Positions 1-13,466 of a stretch of DNA of 64,000 nucleotides are shown here, piece by piece (positions within the stretch are counted from its first letter, which is position 1; each line of letters opens with the position of its first letter). The DNA is from Eledone cirrhosa (Eukaryota), in NCBI GenBank assembly GCA_964016885.1, contig OZ024743.1:215264001-215328000 (forward strand). Reading direction: 5' to 3'. A program made the position numbers and the translations under genes. Under the pieces are notes generated by a model, which was not told the DNA's origin, ran no database searches, and worked only from the letters and a program-made list of their open reading frames with translations.

Positions 1-639
1 TACATTTTTATAGTGATATATTTAAATACTGGGATTTTGATTACTTAAACCATAGCTAATTTTGTATGGACTTATGTATTTTAAGTACTTTCAATATTAA
101 TTACTTTAATAGGGTTTTCTAGTCATTTATCAGGGTTTGTTTCCTAAATTTTTTACTTAACTGCATGCGACACCTAAGTAAATACTTTTGTTTTTGCTTT
201 TCGATTTCCGGTTGATTGTATTTATTTATATATACTACCGTGCGTAGTCTGTCTGTCTGGCTCTCATTCACTTATTCATAAATGTCTCTCCACCAACCAT
301 GTAATTATGTATATTATACTATGTTCAATATGTTATATTGAAATTTTAATTCATTCCACTCTTTGTAAACCCGATTATTAAATGTACCATTATGTTATGT
401 TAAATTCTGTAAATCCTGTAATATGTTTATATTTTTATAATTCTTGTAATGTTTGGATAATATTTATTTACACCAACTGTATAGAAATTTGAACTATTTT
501 CTTGCAATCTGATCTATTTTCTTGGTTTTGATATTTTTCCAACATAATTTTTCCAATATAATTTAGTTCTGTACAATATTTTTTCTCACCCTGACTGTAA
601 ATCTATATGATTTGTTAAGTTATATGCCATCATATTTTA

Positions 640-826
640 ATTGTTACTACTTTAGGCACAAGGCCAGCAATTACCCAGTGCATTACTGGTACTTTATTTT
701 ATCGACCCCGTAAGGATGAAAGGCAAAGTCAACCTCGGCGGGATTTGAACTCAGATCGTAAAGGGACGCAACTATGCTGGAAAGCATGACGTCCGACCCT
801 CTACCAATACTGCCAATCTACCGCCC
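640..826 (-). mobile_element. tRNA-derived SINE (Meta-domain type)
   Basis: Reverse complement of the family seen at 3017: B-box GAGTTCAAATCC and core GCCTTTCATCCTTACGGGGTCGATAAAATAAAGTACCAG. Flanked by a near-identical duplication CCAT(C/T)ATATTTTAAT. Confidence 0.9.
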
Positions 827-1467
827 ATTATATTTTAATATTGTGATTTTAGTGTTATTGTAACATTTATATTTATGTGCAAATTAACCGGAGATTATCT
901 ATTATATAATTATATAGTTTATTATATATTTTATGCTTACTTTTAATCATTTATTCTTCATTTTATACTGTAAATATTATATGTATTATATTTTAATTTT
1001 ATTTTCATTTGTATTTTTCATTTGTATTTTTCATTTGTATTTTTGTTTTTATTTTTATTATTATTATTATTATTTATATTTAAACTCTTAATAAGGGTTA
1101 GTTTGTGCTTCTATTGATGGAAATATGAATTGATAATATGTATATATGTGTACATGTGCATATATGTATATTGGGCCTTTTAACATTATTATTATTATCA
1201 TTATTAATTATATTATATTATATTATATTATATATAGTACAATAATTCCCGCTGTATATCACCACCTCTGTTTTAGCTCTTGTTTTTGCATTGGACTATA
1301 TTTGTAATATGGTTCAAAATGTTACTTACTTCCTTAGCAATTTGCACTTGATAATTTTTTACTTGATAATTTTTACCCGATTATTTTCCTATGATTTAAT
1401 CTATGTACACTCCATATTCTTCTGAGTTTTCGGCTTGCATTGGCTGATAGTGCTTCTTATAGCTTCA

Positions 1468-1512
1468 ATTGCCCTGATGAGTCCTTAATAGGACGAAACA
1501 TTGTTGGCTAAT
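1468..1512 (+). ncRNA. Minimal type I hammerhead ribozyme
   Basis: ATTGCC-CTGATGA-GTCC-TTAATA-GGAC-GAAA-CATTG-TT-GGCTAAT: canonical core, 4-bp stem II, minimal stem III, GUU cleavage triplet, stem I GCC/GGC extendable with a bulged U. Confidence 0.8.
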
Positions 1513-1553
1513 AAAGACTTTTGATGTATTGAAGGCTTCTTTGGTAAATTTTC

Positions 1554-1556
<3 letters not shown>

Positions 1557-1611
<55 letters not shown>
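1557..1611. repeat. (TA)n microsatellite
   Basis: Perfect TA run. Many others occur, e.g. 23588-23656, 30845-30922, 33482-33589, 38470-38552. Confidence 0.95.
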
Positions 1612-1614
<3 letters not shown>

Positions 1615-3016
1615 AATACGATTGTGTAGAATTTCATATTGAAGAGACTAATACTAACCCACAACGTGTATATCAGAAGGATTACTGCGCAGAAAGCTAT
1701 GTTACATCAACTGAAAGGAAAAATACAACGTTTATTTGAAGAGAAAAAAGTGTGTATTTCACACAACATAACTGGCAAATATTTTAGGCTACTAATAAGG
1801 CACATGCACCCCAGACAACGTAATGACAAATATGATCAGTTTAGACATATGCTCTTCTCAGCCATTTCATATAATGTGTTTGACAGGAAGATTACACAGT
1901 GGAAAGCAAGAATTCGCGGATTCAGCATCATTATTCACTGTCAACCCTAAATTTTCGAAACATTTCTACTTCAGAATATTTCTTGAGAAAAGCAAGTAGA
2001 TTTGAGTTTTACATACATTTGAGTGGATGGTGTTGTGAAAACAACTCTCATTGAGCCGTAGTAATATGTAATGGCCAATAAATGGTTCGATATATGCTTG
2101 AGATATCTTTCTCTGAATATTCTCATCACATTACACATATTTTTGCTTTCATATGTTCTAAGAATAAACAGATTATTCTGCGAAACTGCATTATCACATT
2201 GTAGAGGGCCTGATGGAAAATCAGATATCCCAAGTTGAGACTAGAGATATAGCAAGACAAAAGTGCTTGACAGATATTGAAACCCTTTTCTTCATGTATG
2301 GCACTAGATTTCAGCACTGGGCTGACAAAAACCGAGAAGGTGTTTAGATGTGATGTGTGACAACTGTTATATATAAACGCAGGTTGTTTCTTACAATTTC
2401 CCGTCCTATCTTTCACAAGTGCCCCGAAGCATTTATTTTGTAGGTCTAGCGTAATGATTCTCTTTTTGGGATAATTAGAATTCATCAAGCCTGAAATATA
2501 TTCTCGCTTTTTCTTCATTTGAATACATTTATTTGTATACATAATTAACTCTGTTTCCTACATGCGTTAGAGAAAACGGAATTGATTCTTCTTGAGAGAC
2601 AGCTAATTTCAGATAATGACAGAAAACGAAAAAAAGGATTTAAATCAGTATTATCAAGGGGTTTGAAATGCGTTTGCATAATCCTTGATAAATTTTATTT
2701 AAAAAATATCTGCTAATGCTTTCACATTAAAATGCACACGAAGAAACATGAAAAAGAAAATAGATAATTCTCCTGGAAATTTTAAGAATAATTACCATGT
2801 AATTCAATAAATACACTATTACATCTAATCACCAGGGAATGAATAGGAAAGCATAGTTATTAATTAAGCACCAATTATATTGTATCACTTATGCATATCA
2901 TGGAAATTTACATAATGCTTATCGGGTCAGGAAGAAAACTTTTAATACTCTAAGCATCTTATTTTACTGGATATAGGGGCCGCATATCCATTAAACACAA
3001 TCATTATTACATTCAA

Positions 3017-3205
3017 AGGGTGGTGGATTGGCAGTATCAGTAGAAGGTTGGATGCCATGCTTTGACGCATAGAGTTACGGCCCTTGCTATTCTGAGTTCA
3101 AATCCCGCCGAGGTTAACTTTGCCTTTCATCCTTACGGGGTTGATAAAATAAATTACCAGTGATGCACTGGGATAATTGCTGGCCTTGTGCCAAAAGTAG
3201 AAACA
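3017..3205 (+). mobile_element. tRNA-derived SINE (Meta-domain type), full length
   Basis: A-box-like TGGCAGTATCAG, B-box GAGTTCAAATCC, Meta core. TSD ATTATTACATTCAA at 3003-3016 and 3206-3219. Confidence 0.92.
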
Positions 3206-4541
3206 ATTATTACATTCAATAGCATTGTTTAATGTAGCGTAGTCCACCCTTCTCTCTCGATTAGGTGATTTGATAGCTCCACACTCAGGCGTCACGAATC
3301 CTACTATAACGGAAGTTACTACTCTGGCGTGAAAATGAAATTCCCAAATGTTTGCGGTGAAAGGATCTTGTGGCCAGAGGCGCACTATTTCTCTGTATGA
3401 CTCTAATGTTTGAAAGAATTAGAGTATAATATCATGCGGAATATAATCATCTAGATGTCTATTGGGCCATGATTGCCAATGTGTTAAACAGCAACAATAA
3501 TAACAACGTACATCTATAGCAAAGAAAAAGTTGTAATACGTATTTGTCCAAATTAGCCATGTGCTAAATAGCCAATAGATATACAAAAGTTGCCTTTGAT
3601 TATAACTTATAAAGCATAGAATATTCGCAACATATATGTTGCAACACATGGAAAGCATATAAAGTCTAATCGTGTGTTCCGACTTTAAGTAAAAGCAACC
3701 ATCAAGATATTTTTAAATGAATAATAACTGAATAGTAGTTAGTAATCTATATCGTATGTAAAATGTAATACCATGGTTGCCTAACAAAGTGATCTTGGTG
3801 ACACGAGTGAAACACAGATGTCCCATATAGCTAATATGATTTTGTAATATAAATATATATCTCCTCGTAACGAAATAAGCATTAAGATGTACATAACACC
3901 ACTGTTGCTCTTAATTGGGTCTCAAATATTTTGCTGTTTATTTTTACATTCACCGACATACACATAACAAATTCTAATACATTCAGTAAAGATCTTTCAA
4001 CATTTGGCATTCGGAAACGGATTTGCTTGCATTGATAGACAGATAATTTGAGATAATGAGTAAATGTTAAGAAGGATTTAAAACAGCATTAAGTATGGTT
4101 CCAACATCTGATGGCATAATCTCCGATAAACAGAAAATCATTTTATTTTTCATGCATAAAAACAAACAAACCTGAATTAATATCAGGAACAAATAAGAGA
4201 AAAATATGCACAACATATGCATTACAAAACGAAATAGCGCAATACCGAACATTACTTTCAATTAGCATGAAACAAATAAGGAACGTTATTCATCTTTACT
4301 AAGTATGAAAAAAATGATAAAAGTAAATGTTCACCAAAGTTTGTCTAAAGGATATTAAGGTGTTATGATATTAAAAAGACATTTGTAAAAAATCATTATT
4401 TCGTCATGGCATAGCGAAATCTTTCGGAATATATCTATAGAATAACGGAACTACCTAACACATCTAGGAAATAATTCATATATATCTTGTGATTAATCAC
4501 ATTAGAGTGAATTAATAAAATAGATTTGGGGAACAAATATG

Positions 4542-4586
4542 TAGATATGAATGCCTTATTTAAGAGTAATTTTGTTATAATTGTTT

Positions 4587-4658
<72 letters not shown>

Positions 4659-4818
4659 CGTGTGTGTGTCCATATAATTAAAACGAAATATATATATATA
4701 TATTTCGTTTTAATTACATGGACACACACACACATATATAAATATATAATTGTTTACATTTTATATATATATATATATATATAACAAAATTACTCTTAAA
4801 TAAGGCATTCATATCTAA
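4542..4818. repeat. Nested inverted repeat at the 5' junction of a PLE
   Basis: 4542-4578 is the reverse complement of 4780-4817. An inner palindrome at about 4655-4740 is centred on a (TA)n run. Confidence 0.8.
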
Positions 4819-6150
4819 ATCTAACACTAGCCTCACTAACAAAGAAATAGACATAATTCTAGCGGCGCGTAGAACCATGATCCTGTGTGAAGGCTCCAAC
4901 TGGACCAGAACCAACCGTCCTGATAACTTCGATATCACGATGGGGTTCAGCGACTCGGCGCAAGCAACCGACCTGGTCGGAATATACCTCCTCCATAAGC
5001 TTAGGGATGAGATACCGGCCCTACAAGTAGGTGTATATAGAGACGACGCCCTGTTTGCCGTTAGAAACCATAGCCCTCGTAGAATAGAAAACCTTGACAA
5101 GCACATACACAGGTTCGTCAAGTCATACATCCTATCCGTAACTATAGACCTCAAACACCAGGTTGTCAACTTCCTGGACGTGACCCTGGAGTTGAGTATG
5201 GGCCTTACCAAGCCATACCATGAGCCTGGAGAGAGCCTTTCTTATATTAATTATGCCTCCAACCACCCTAAGCAGATTCTCAACTCCATTGTCTATAGCA
5301 TCTCACATAGGATCTCGAGGCTCTCCGCCAATCAGGATATCTTCAACCAAGCGGCGGATTACTACAATAGGGCCTTGATAAGCGCCGGTTTTAACCGAGG
5401 AATCTCCTACATCCCTAATGCTAGCTCCAGAAACCCCCCCCCCCCTCATAAGACTAACGTTATAGTAAGCCATCCCTATAACCGATCACGCGGCGACTTC
5501 GAATGAGTCGGATGTAATAGTATAGAAAATCGCACTAAGAAACACGGCCACAATGTTAATTAAACTGGCGATAGTATAGGTAGCTTACCACACAATAAAC
5601 ATTACGACCACGGTGACAGTGACCACGGTAGCCTACTTGAATTATTCCCCTACTATAAAATCAACAAAAGCGACGGCCTACTCCCAACACCTTCCAATCA
5701 ACATCTTCCTATACATAAACATAGCAGAAGGAAGAAGAGTGCACCCGACCATAATGCGAAAGGGACACGTAACGGGCTATAGCACAATAACATGCATAAG
5801 AACGGTCACCCTGATGGCAATACCCGTAGCAAACGTATTAAGACACGTAATAGCCTCCGTAACGTCCTATGGTTCCATCCCCCCCTACTCTCGGAGTGTG
5901 GCCTTCGACCTACCCCGGATAATCTTCGAAGCCTTAGAGAAGAACTTCCCACCCAACCATAGGTATAGGAAAAGCCTTAATAGGAACAATATAAAAATAT
6001 TCTTCTCTACTTTTCGTAACCTAGCAGATATCATAGGAACAACAAATCACAGTAAGATCACCAACATATTAATACTTCTAATATTTAACACTGCCGGAAC
6101 TAGTATTGAGCACCCTCTGCATACGCTATTTGGCAAATAACTACATGTAT
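4781..6150 (+). pseudogene. Penelope-like reverse transcriptase, 5'-truncated and frameshifted
   Basis: ORF 4877-5506 has FDITMGFSDSAQ, YRDD, VNFLDVTL and YINYASNHP. ORF 5613-6140 has PPYS..NFPPNHRYRKSLNRNNIK. Same family as 43217-44580. Confidence 0.85.
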
Positions 6151-6189
6151 CACCTATCCCTCCTTTTCTCTCTCTCGATACGTAAACAT

Positions 6190-6264
<75 letters not shown>

Positions 6265-7912
6265 TGGCGTTGAATCCTAACTTGTTTCTCCCTCATTGTC
6301 TAAGGCTACTTGATTTTAGGATGTCTATTGCTTAACGACATGGGTTTCTGAATTGAATGACGAAAAACGTCCTATCGATCCATTTCTGTGATTGTAAGCA
6401 ATATTAGCCTAACAGTGCTCTAATCAACAATGTCGAAGTTCCAGTAATAGTTTGATTTTTCGAATTCTTTTTATTTCTCTGAATATTCATTCTAATTCAT
6501 ATTCACGATTGAACGCAGTTTTGCTTCAAGCGGCCTCTCAGTTCGCTTTTATTGTGTTTAAATATAATCAAATATGTAAATAATTATTTTCTTTACCGCT
6601 AACATGCATCAATCAGTTATATATATGCATCAATCAGTTATATATATATGCATCAATCAGTTATATAAGACTTCGATTTGATGGAAACTATTTGTCTGAC
6701 AGTAAAATAATTATTCACATATCTCTGCTGAAAAATATTATAAATACAACTTGTAAACATATTTCATTAATAGCGAAATTAAGAACGCTTGAGAACATTT
6801 ACCCACCATATAGATAAATGTTTAGAATATTTAAACATTTACATCATCATGTATTATCAGTAAAGTTCTAAATTGTTTGAAAGGTCAAAATATATTTTTC
6901 TTTATTTCCAAAGGAATTCATGCTATTTAGAAAATATTTTACGATAGGTTAAATGTTGAATACACTACTATAAATTTGGATAAAAAATATGCCACACAAA
7001 CAAACAAGATTCAATTGGTCTCGTTAATATCGTATTGATTAATGTATATTAATACTTAACATTGAGTCCTTATCAATAATTCATGTTGATTCAAAATACG
7101 GGTTGTTTAAAACGTAATTAACGTTATTTCCCTTGCCCTCAGTTCACCAGAATTTCAATTTTCATCTACGTGTTAATCAATAGCTATCACTATCTCTACT
7201 TATCTATCTCAAGTAAATGACATTAACTAGACAGGTTGAATCAAGGTCTGTAAAATGTATAATGAATTTCTAGTCCATAGCTTGCCACTATGACCTGTTC
7301 TGCACTGTTATGGAAACATTTTGTCATAATTTAGAGATAATGTTATTATTTATTCAGAAGTTGTGTCTTCTTCCCAACGCAAATAACATTGTCTATTGAT
7401 TCAAACTACAGAGATGTAGGGGGATCTTCAACACAACCAATTTATTTTTAACAACAGATTTCTTAAATATCATGAAGACAAAATAAAACAATTAATTGAC
7501 GTCATCTCCATCAACCGATCTGAAATGTAATCATGCAATTTGTAGAGATTGAATGCTTTATTGATTGGATTATAGACATTGATTCCATGAGAATTGTACA
7601 TGAAACTATGATAATAAGACTATGTATTACCGATATAGTACTTATATTGATGATTTTTTTTTAAGTTCAGCAATTCAATGCTCGAGTATATTCTGGAGAT
7701 GTAAGCGGCTATGAGGATAGTGAAGGACTTCATTTCCATATGAAGCGTATAATGGGTATTCAGTTTTATCTACATTACCGACAATTGTACATTTTAATCA
7801 GATTGATAAATTGCATAGTGAACTAATAATCTAATTTTAATTCGGAAAATTGTAGAACTGAATGCAACCAGGTTTATTAAAGTAAATATGCGCATTATAT
7901 CAAAACTGCGCT

Positions 7913-7952
<40 letters not shown>

Positions 7953-7953
<1 letters not shown>

Positions 7954-8700
7954 CACGTCTTTATCTGTGTCTGCGCTAAAAGGTACTTTTCATAATGTCT
8001 CAGCGGAGCCAAAACGTTGTTCGCTAGGGACTGTCGAAATGTAAGGATACAGAAAACGAACGATCGGCGACAGAGGGAGCAAAGGAGAACGTGATGAAGA
8101 CGAATAACGCAGACTGAGCAAATGCTCGGCACTGAGACGAATAAAACATATCTGAAGGCGCAAAGAGAGCGAATGTGCAAGGTCGTGGCGGGCAAGGGAG
8201 AACCTAGCAAAGCAGAAGGACCCAGAGAGAGAGAGAGAGAGAGAGAGTGAACGGTCGGCGCCCAGGCAAGCATAACAGAGCCTAGCAAAAGCGAAGAACA
8301 AAACTAATTAAGGAGAACATAATGACATACAGGGACACACAAGAACGAAACTAAGAAAAGCAACCAGACACTTACAGATAGAACAAGCAACAAACTAGTG
8401 ACAAATAAATAAACATATAAATACAAACACACACATACACGGTATAACGCATGTGGAAACCAAATACACAGGTCACCACAAACAACAAGATGGTGTAGGA
8501 GAGACGCAAAATTACAAATCAGTCACCGAGGAGTTCACAGAATGTGTGGCGAAAGAACTTTGACAATGAATAAAAAAAAAACAAAAAAAACATCCGGTTA
8601 TCGAACAAACCAACCGGGAATTTGTAATAAATTGAAGTGAAATCCGTCAGATGCGTGTTTTTATTCGCAACATGACTCCCAAAATGTAACCAAAATATAA
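7953..8700 (-). mobile_element. Possible PLE-like 3' fragment between (TA)n and (TATG)n
   Basis: More GC-rich island flanked by microsatellites, with a hairpin at 7992-8020 next to GAAA on the minus strand. No recognisable ORF. Confidence 0.25.
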
Positions 8701-8702
8701 CA

Positions 8703-8705
<3 letters not shown>

Positions 8706-8733
<28 letters not shown>

Positions 8734-8797
8734 TGTATGTATGTATGTATGTATGTATGTATGTATGTATGTATGTATGTATCTATCTATCTATCTA
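8706..8797. repeat. (TATG)n/(TATC)n microsatellite
   Basis: Direct observation. Confidence 0.95.
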
Positions 8798-9014
8798 TTA
8801 ATAATCTGAGATGGACGCACGCGTGAAACTTGCTGATGTAAGTTCTGCATAAATTTGTATAGAAATTCTTGACTGTAAACCTTCATCTTTGTAGCATTTT
8901 GTAGAGGGACTGCCAGGTCAAATTTTGATCTGGTCAGTCTCTCAAAATATTCTACACCTTTAGGCGAAATAGTTAACAAAAAGATTTTTTTGAAAAGGAA
9001 ACATTTTTTTTTAA

Positions 9015-10830
9015 ATGGCTGAAGCTTCTTCACCAACATTTGAAGGAGGAAAGGGGAAGATATGCTTACAGCTTCCCCCTGCCACAGTCATAGTAGCAGA
9101 TGTCAAAGACAAAGGTCAGCCAGAGGAAGGATTTTCTCCACCTGCTGACCGACAACTTGACGTTGCCATGGCAACAAACCAAAAGTGTGAAACAATGAAC
9201 AAAACCAACACAACCAGCAGCACCAGCAACAACAACAACAACAATGCTACGAACGAAAACAACACCAACAACAATAACAATAACAACAACAAGATCAATA
9301 ACTGTGATAACAACAACAATGATAACAACAACACCACCAACTACAACAGCAATACAAACAAGGAAAAGGTCTCATTCGCCCAGACGGCAAGGAAAACCCT
9401 CGACTATCTGCCAGTAGATATAAGCAAAGCGAAGGAGCTACTGGTAGATGCCAAAAAATACATAGTGTACGGGGAAAATGAATCATTTTCGATCCACCCA
9501 CGCACCCCGGAACTAAAAAGCCAGAGACTCCCAAACACTGTCATGTTTAGGACAGTCTCAAACAAAAGCAAAAAAACCAGCTCAACCATCACAGAGTGAG
9601 ATAGAGCTGGTTTTAAAAGATGTCATGAAAGACATTATATTCATTCAGAAGAATAGACTCTACGGAAGTCTATCCATCCTCATGAAGGACAGGGACACAG
9701 CAGTGAAACTGTCAATAAAACCAATCACATCCACCGCATACACCTTCTACCCTACGTACATGGGTAGAAAGACTCAAAAAATAAAAATTCACACCACCCT
9801 GCCGGTTATGGACATATGGTGGGTATTGACAGGTTTCCTGGACCTATCCATGGGAAAGACATCAGGTGACGCGTTCAGTGGAACTGGCCTTGAACTTGTA
9901 GTTCAAATGAGGGCCGAAAGGATCGCCCAGATCCCTGAACGCGTCATACTGGATGATCAAACTTTTATCAACATTACCGTTGAGGGTAGGCGGCCCTCGT
10001 GTTACCTATGTGGAGCCAGAGGTCACCTGAGGGCTGTCTGTCCTCAACTTAAAATGAACACCCCAAACATGCCTACACCACCAACAACTGCACAACTAAC
10101 ACAATCACCACAACCACCACTACAAAAACAACAACCACAGCTCAAACCAAAACAAAACACTGTCCAACCCATCCCCCCCACTAAAAAAAAACAATTTCCA
10201 AAACACCCGCACCTCAAACACAACCCGAAAATCTACCCCTCCCCTCCAACGCGGAAGACGACCCTCGTTCGTCCTCAGACGAGGAGGAGCACTTCTACAC
10301 AATCAAAAGAAAAAAAAGAAAACACACCTCAGACACACAAATGAATGCAACCCCTCCCCAAAACATACCACAGACACCAACACAAAAGAGCACACAAAAG
10401 CAAACAAAAGACACCACACAAAAACAAAAACATGCATACACATACATAAACACAAGAAATAAAAAACTGCTAAACATTGTGTACAACAACAATTTAGTAA
10501 AAACCCAAGGGCCTAACTTCACCCAGGCAGGGGATTTCCCCCACCTCAAAATGTTTAAGGCCCTAGAGGACACATATAAAACACTAAAAAACAACTTTAA
10601 AGAGGACGTGTCCCCCCCACCCCGCCCCTGCGTCGAGCCCATTAACCGCGTCCTGCTAAAAAACTTCCCAGCCCCTCCCCAAACACCCACACAACCCCCA
10701 ACACCCCAACCACACAACATACTGATGCCCACACACTTCCACAAACCACCACCCACTACCAACCCATCCTCCACCCACATTGGAAATTGTGCAGCCCGTT
10801 ACCCGGAACGAAGAGATGTAAGTGCCTTTT
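9015..10830 (+). pseudogene. Tx1-like ORF1 (gag-like, CCHC zinc knuckle), broken into three frames
   Basis: VSFAQ motif, an Asn-rich (AAC)n tract, VEGRRPSCYLCGARGHLRAVC, and a Pro/Thr/Gln-rich C-terminus. Confidence 0.8.
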
Positions 10831-10845
10831 CTCTTCACCACCAAC

Positions 10846-13466
10846 ATGGCTATGCTAAGAGTAGGCTGTCTAAATGTGCGTGTCCTGGGCTCAACTTGGA
10901 AGCAAGCATGCTTCTAAATGAACTCAGGTCACACGTATAGATGTGATGGTTATTTGCGAGGCCCGGATCAGCAACGTGCGGAAACTGGCCCCCACCGTTG
11001 ATGACTTTGAGATGCACGCATCTCCTTGTCAGCCCGGAGGTGGGGGTGGGGTTGTCGTTCTGTTGCAAACACATCTGGGTCTCGCAACACAGACGGTACA
11101 TTTGGACCCGGAGGGTCGACTAGTGGTTCTGGAACTTGGCAGTGGTTAAGGTGGAGCGTTTCGGTTGGTAGCCGTCTACGGCCCTTTCGGGTCAATGCGG
11201 CTGGACTTCTCCCATCGTCTGGAGACTTTTCTAGGGACGTCCCGCTCCTTGCTATTAGTGGGGGACTGGAATGGTATCCTAGATGCACGTTGGGACTACG
11301 TAGGGCCTGTCCCGATAGAGAGGGGTGTAATAGCGTCAAAGGGTTAATCGGTCGTTTTGACCTGGCCGATAGATATCGACTAGATTTTCCAACTGCGCCA
11401 ACCTGGACTTCGGCAAACCGCAGCGGATCATCTAGGTCGTACCTAGATAGGTTCTTAGTTAGAAATAAGGATAAAGAGTTTTTAAGTGATCAAAAATGCG
11501 CATGGTTGGCTATTCAGACCACAAGTTAGTGACCTGCATGGTCAACCTTGACAGAACGCATAGACAGGGACCCGGTTACTGGAAGCTCAACTTGTCCTTA
11601 CCGGCAAGTAAGGCTTACAGGGACCGGATTTCCACTTTAATTAAGGAGCGGTTGACGCTTGCCATCGTCAACAGCAGGTGGTGGGGATCTCTCAAAAGAG
11701 AGGTTAGAGTAGTCTCTATAGAATTTACTAAGGAGTTAGCCTCAAGTAGAAATAGGAAGGAAAGGGGGTAGTAGATAGTGTAGAAGAGGCAATTAGAAGC
11801 GGCGACGTGGCCAGAATGCTAGCGTCGAGAACGGCCCTGGGCCAGTTCTTCGACGCAAAACACGAAGGCTGCATCGTCCGAAGCAAAATACGTGCTCTGG
11901 AAAACGAGGGTACCAAAGCTGTTAGCTGGGCCCGCGTGACAGAAGCCAAAAGAGAGAGTAGATCCACTATCCGGTCTTTGCGAGTTCTGGATGGACGGAT
12001 ATTCCTTGATCCTAAGCAGATGTGCGGGCTTATCAAAAGCACTTTGCCAGATTGTTCGGAAGGGGCGGGGAGCCGGTTGGGGAAGTGGACTTTGGTCCAT
12101 ACCTCGACGATCTGCCGCGTCTCTCGGACAGGGAGGCGAAGTACTACTGAAGGAGTACGAAAGGTTTACAGGGGCTCAGCTGAACCGAGACAAGTCGATC
12201 GGTCTGCAACTCGGCACGTGGAGGGGCAGATCGATGCCCTCCGATGGCGTCGTCGGGCGCTGCATGGAGGGCCCGGTGAAGTTTCTCGGGGTCTCGTTCG
12301 GACCAGACATCCAGGTGGAGAAGAACTGGGGTGAAGTAACGAACAGGGTGTTTGCACTGACCCAGAAGTGAGCCGAGTGCAAACTGTCCCTGAAAGGTCG
12401 GGCGGAGGTGGCGAACACTTATATAGCATCCGTTATCTACTACCGCCTGACCGTTGTACCTTGACCAAGGGAAACGTTGTCAAAATGTAGTGCGCACTCT
12501 TCCAATTCCTTTGGAAGAAGCGGGCTCCTATGGTGAGGAGATCCATCTGCTGTCAACACCCTTCGAAAGGAGGGCAGAGGATGCCGTGGCTAATGATACG
12601 TAAACACGCATTAAGGCTACGACACCTCCAGGTATTCCTCACCGGACAACCGGTCTGGGCCCCGTTTGTGAGGAGAGCCTTTTCCAGACTCGTCTCGCTC
12701 ACCGAGCTGCAATCCTGGGTCAAGCAAAGACCGAGAAAACTGGGCGCCTGGCACACCGGGTGTGCCCAGGTGCTCACGGCTCTCTGGCAGGCCGACCCGG
12801 CTGTCAGTGGAGAATCCACCTCGTCATTCTATAGAGGGCTGGTGGTTAGCCGGTGCGACGACGTCCTCGGAGAAGCCCTTGGCATTGAGGAAGACGAACT
12901 CGCCAATCTGTTCGGTAGGACATTCAGCCCGGGACCCATGGATAACTTCCAGAGGTCCTTGGCCTAGCAGTGCTACCGAGGGGCTCTGCCCGTTCAAGAA
13001 AGGCTCTACAGACACGGGTGCCTGGATAGGGACCCCTCGAAAAAAAATCTGTCCCAGATGCGTGTGCGACGAGGAAACAGTTGCACACGCATTGGTACAC
13101 TGCTCGGGTATTGCCGATCTGTGGGGCTATGTCGAACAACTGCTGTCAAGGGTGGGACCGATCCGGTTGACCACAGAGTCTATTGTAATGATCAAAACGC
13201 CTCCCCTCTTCAAAAACGAAGAAGAGGCGGTGTTTCTGTGCGTAATAACCATGGCGAAAGAGGTTGTATGGTGGACGCGTCTGAAAGGATTGAGGTCAGA
13301 CATCTTTCTCTCTGGCCAACAACTGGTCCGTTTCTTCCGATATCATTTCGGAAGAAGGATCAGGGTGGAGAGAGAGGTGCTGCACGATAGCCGTTTTTAT
13401 GAAAGATGGGTGAAAGTGGCGAGAATGGCCCGAATGAATGGGCATTCACTCTATATCAGACTATAG
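10846..13466 (+). pseudogene. Tx1-like ORF2 (APE endonuclease plus RT remnant plus zf-RVT)
   Basis: Multiple frameshifted ORF pieces collinear with the ORF2 at 59105-62420. Confidence 0.85.

Larger units (their letters stand above)
1..1556 (+). mobile_element. Probable 3' region/pseudo-LTR of a Penelope-like element (runs off window start)
   Basis: Long AT-rich non-coding tract ending in a hammerhead motif (1468-1512), AATAAA and a (TA)n run. Same layout as the PLE ends at 21431, 41811 and 46143. Confidence 0.5.

Noticed and set aside
1639-2542. ORFs of 103 and 138 aa, with a faint HTSHL resemblance to pogo-type DDE transposases
   Set aside because: No other motif support. The match is too short to distinguish from chance.
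3017-3105. tRNA genes in SINE heads
   Set aside because: Only A/B-box-like motifs are retained. There is no full cloverleaf, and the heads are embedded in TSD-flanked SINEs.
7975-8035. Possible minus-strand hammerhead (CTAGCGA..hairpin..GAAA)
   Set aside because: The core has two mismatches and no stem I can be formed.
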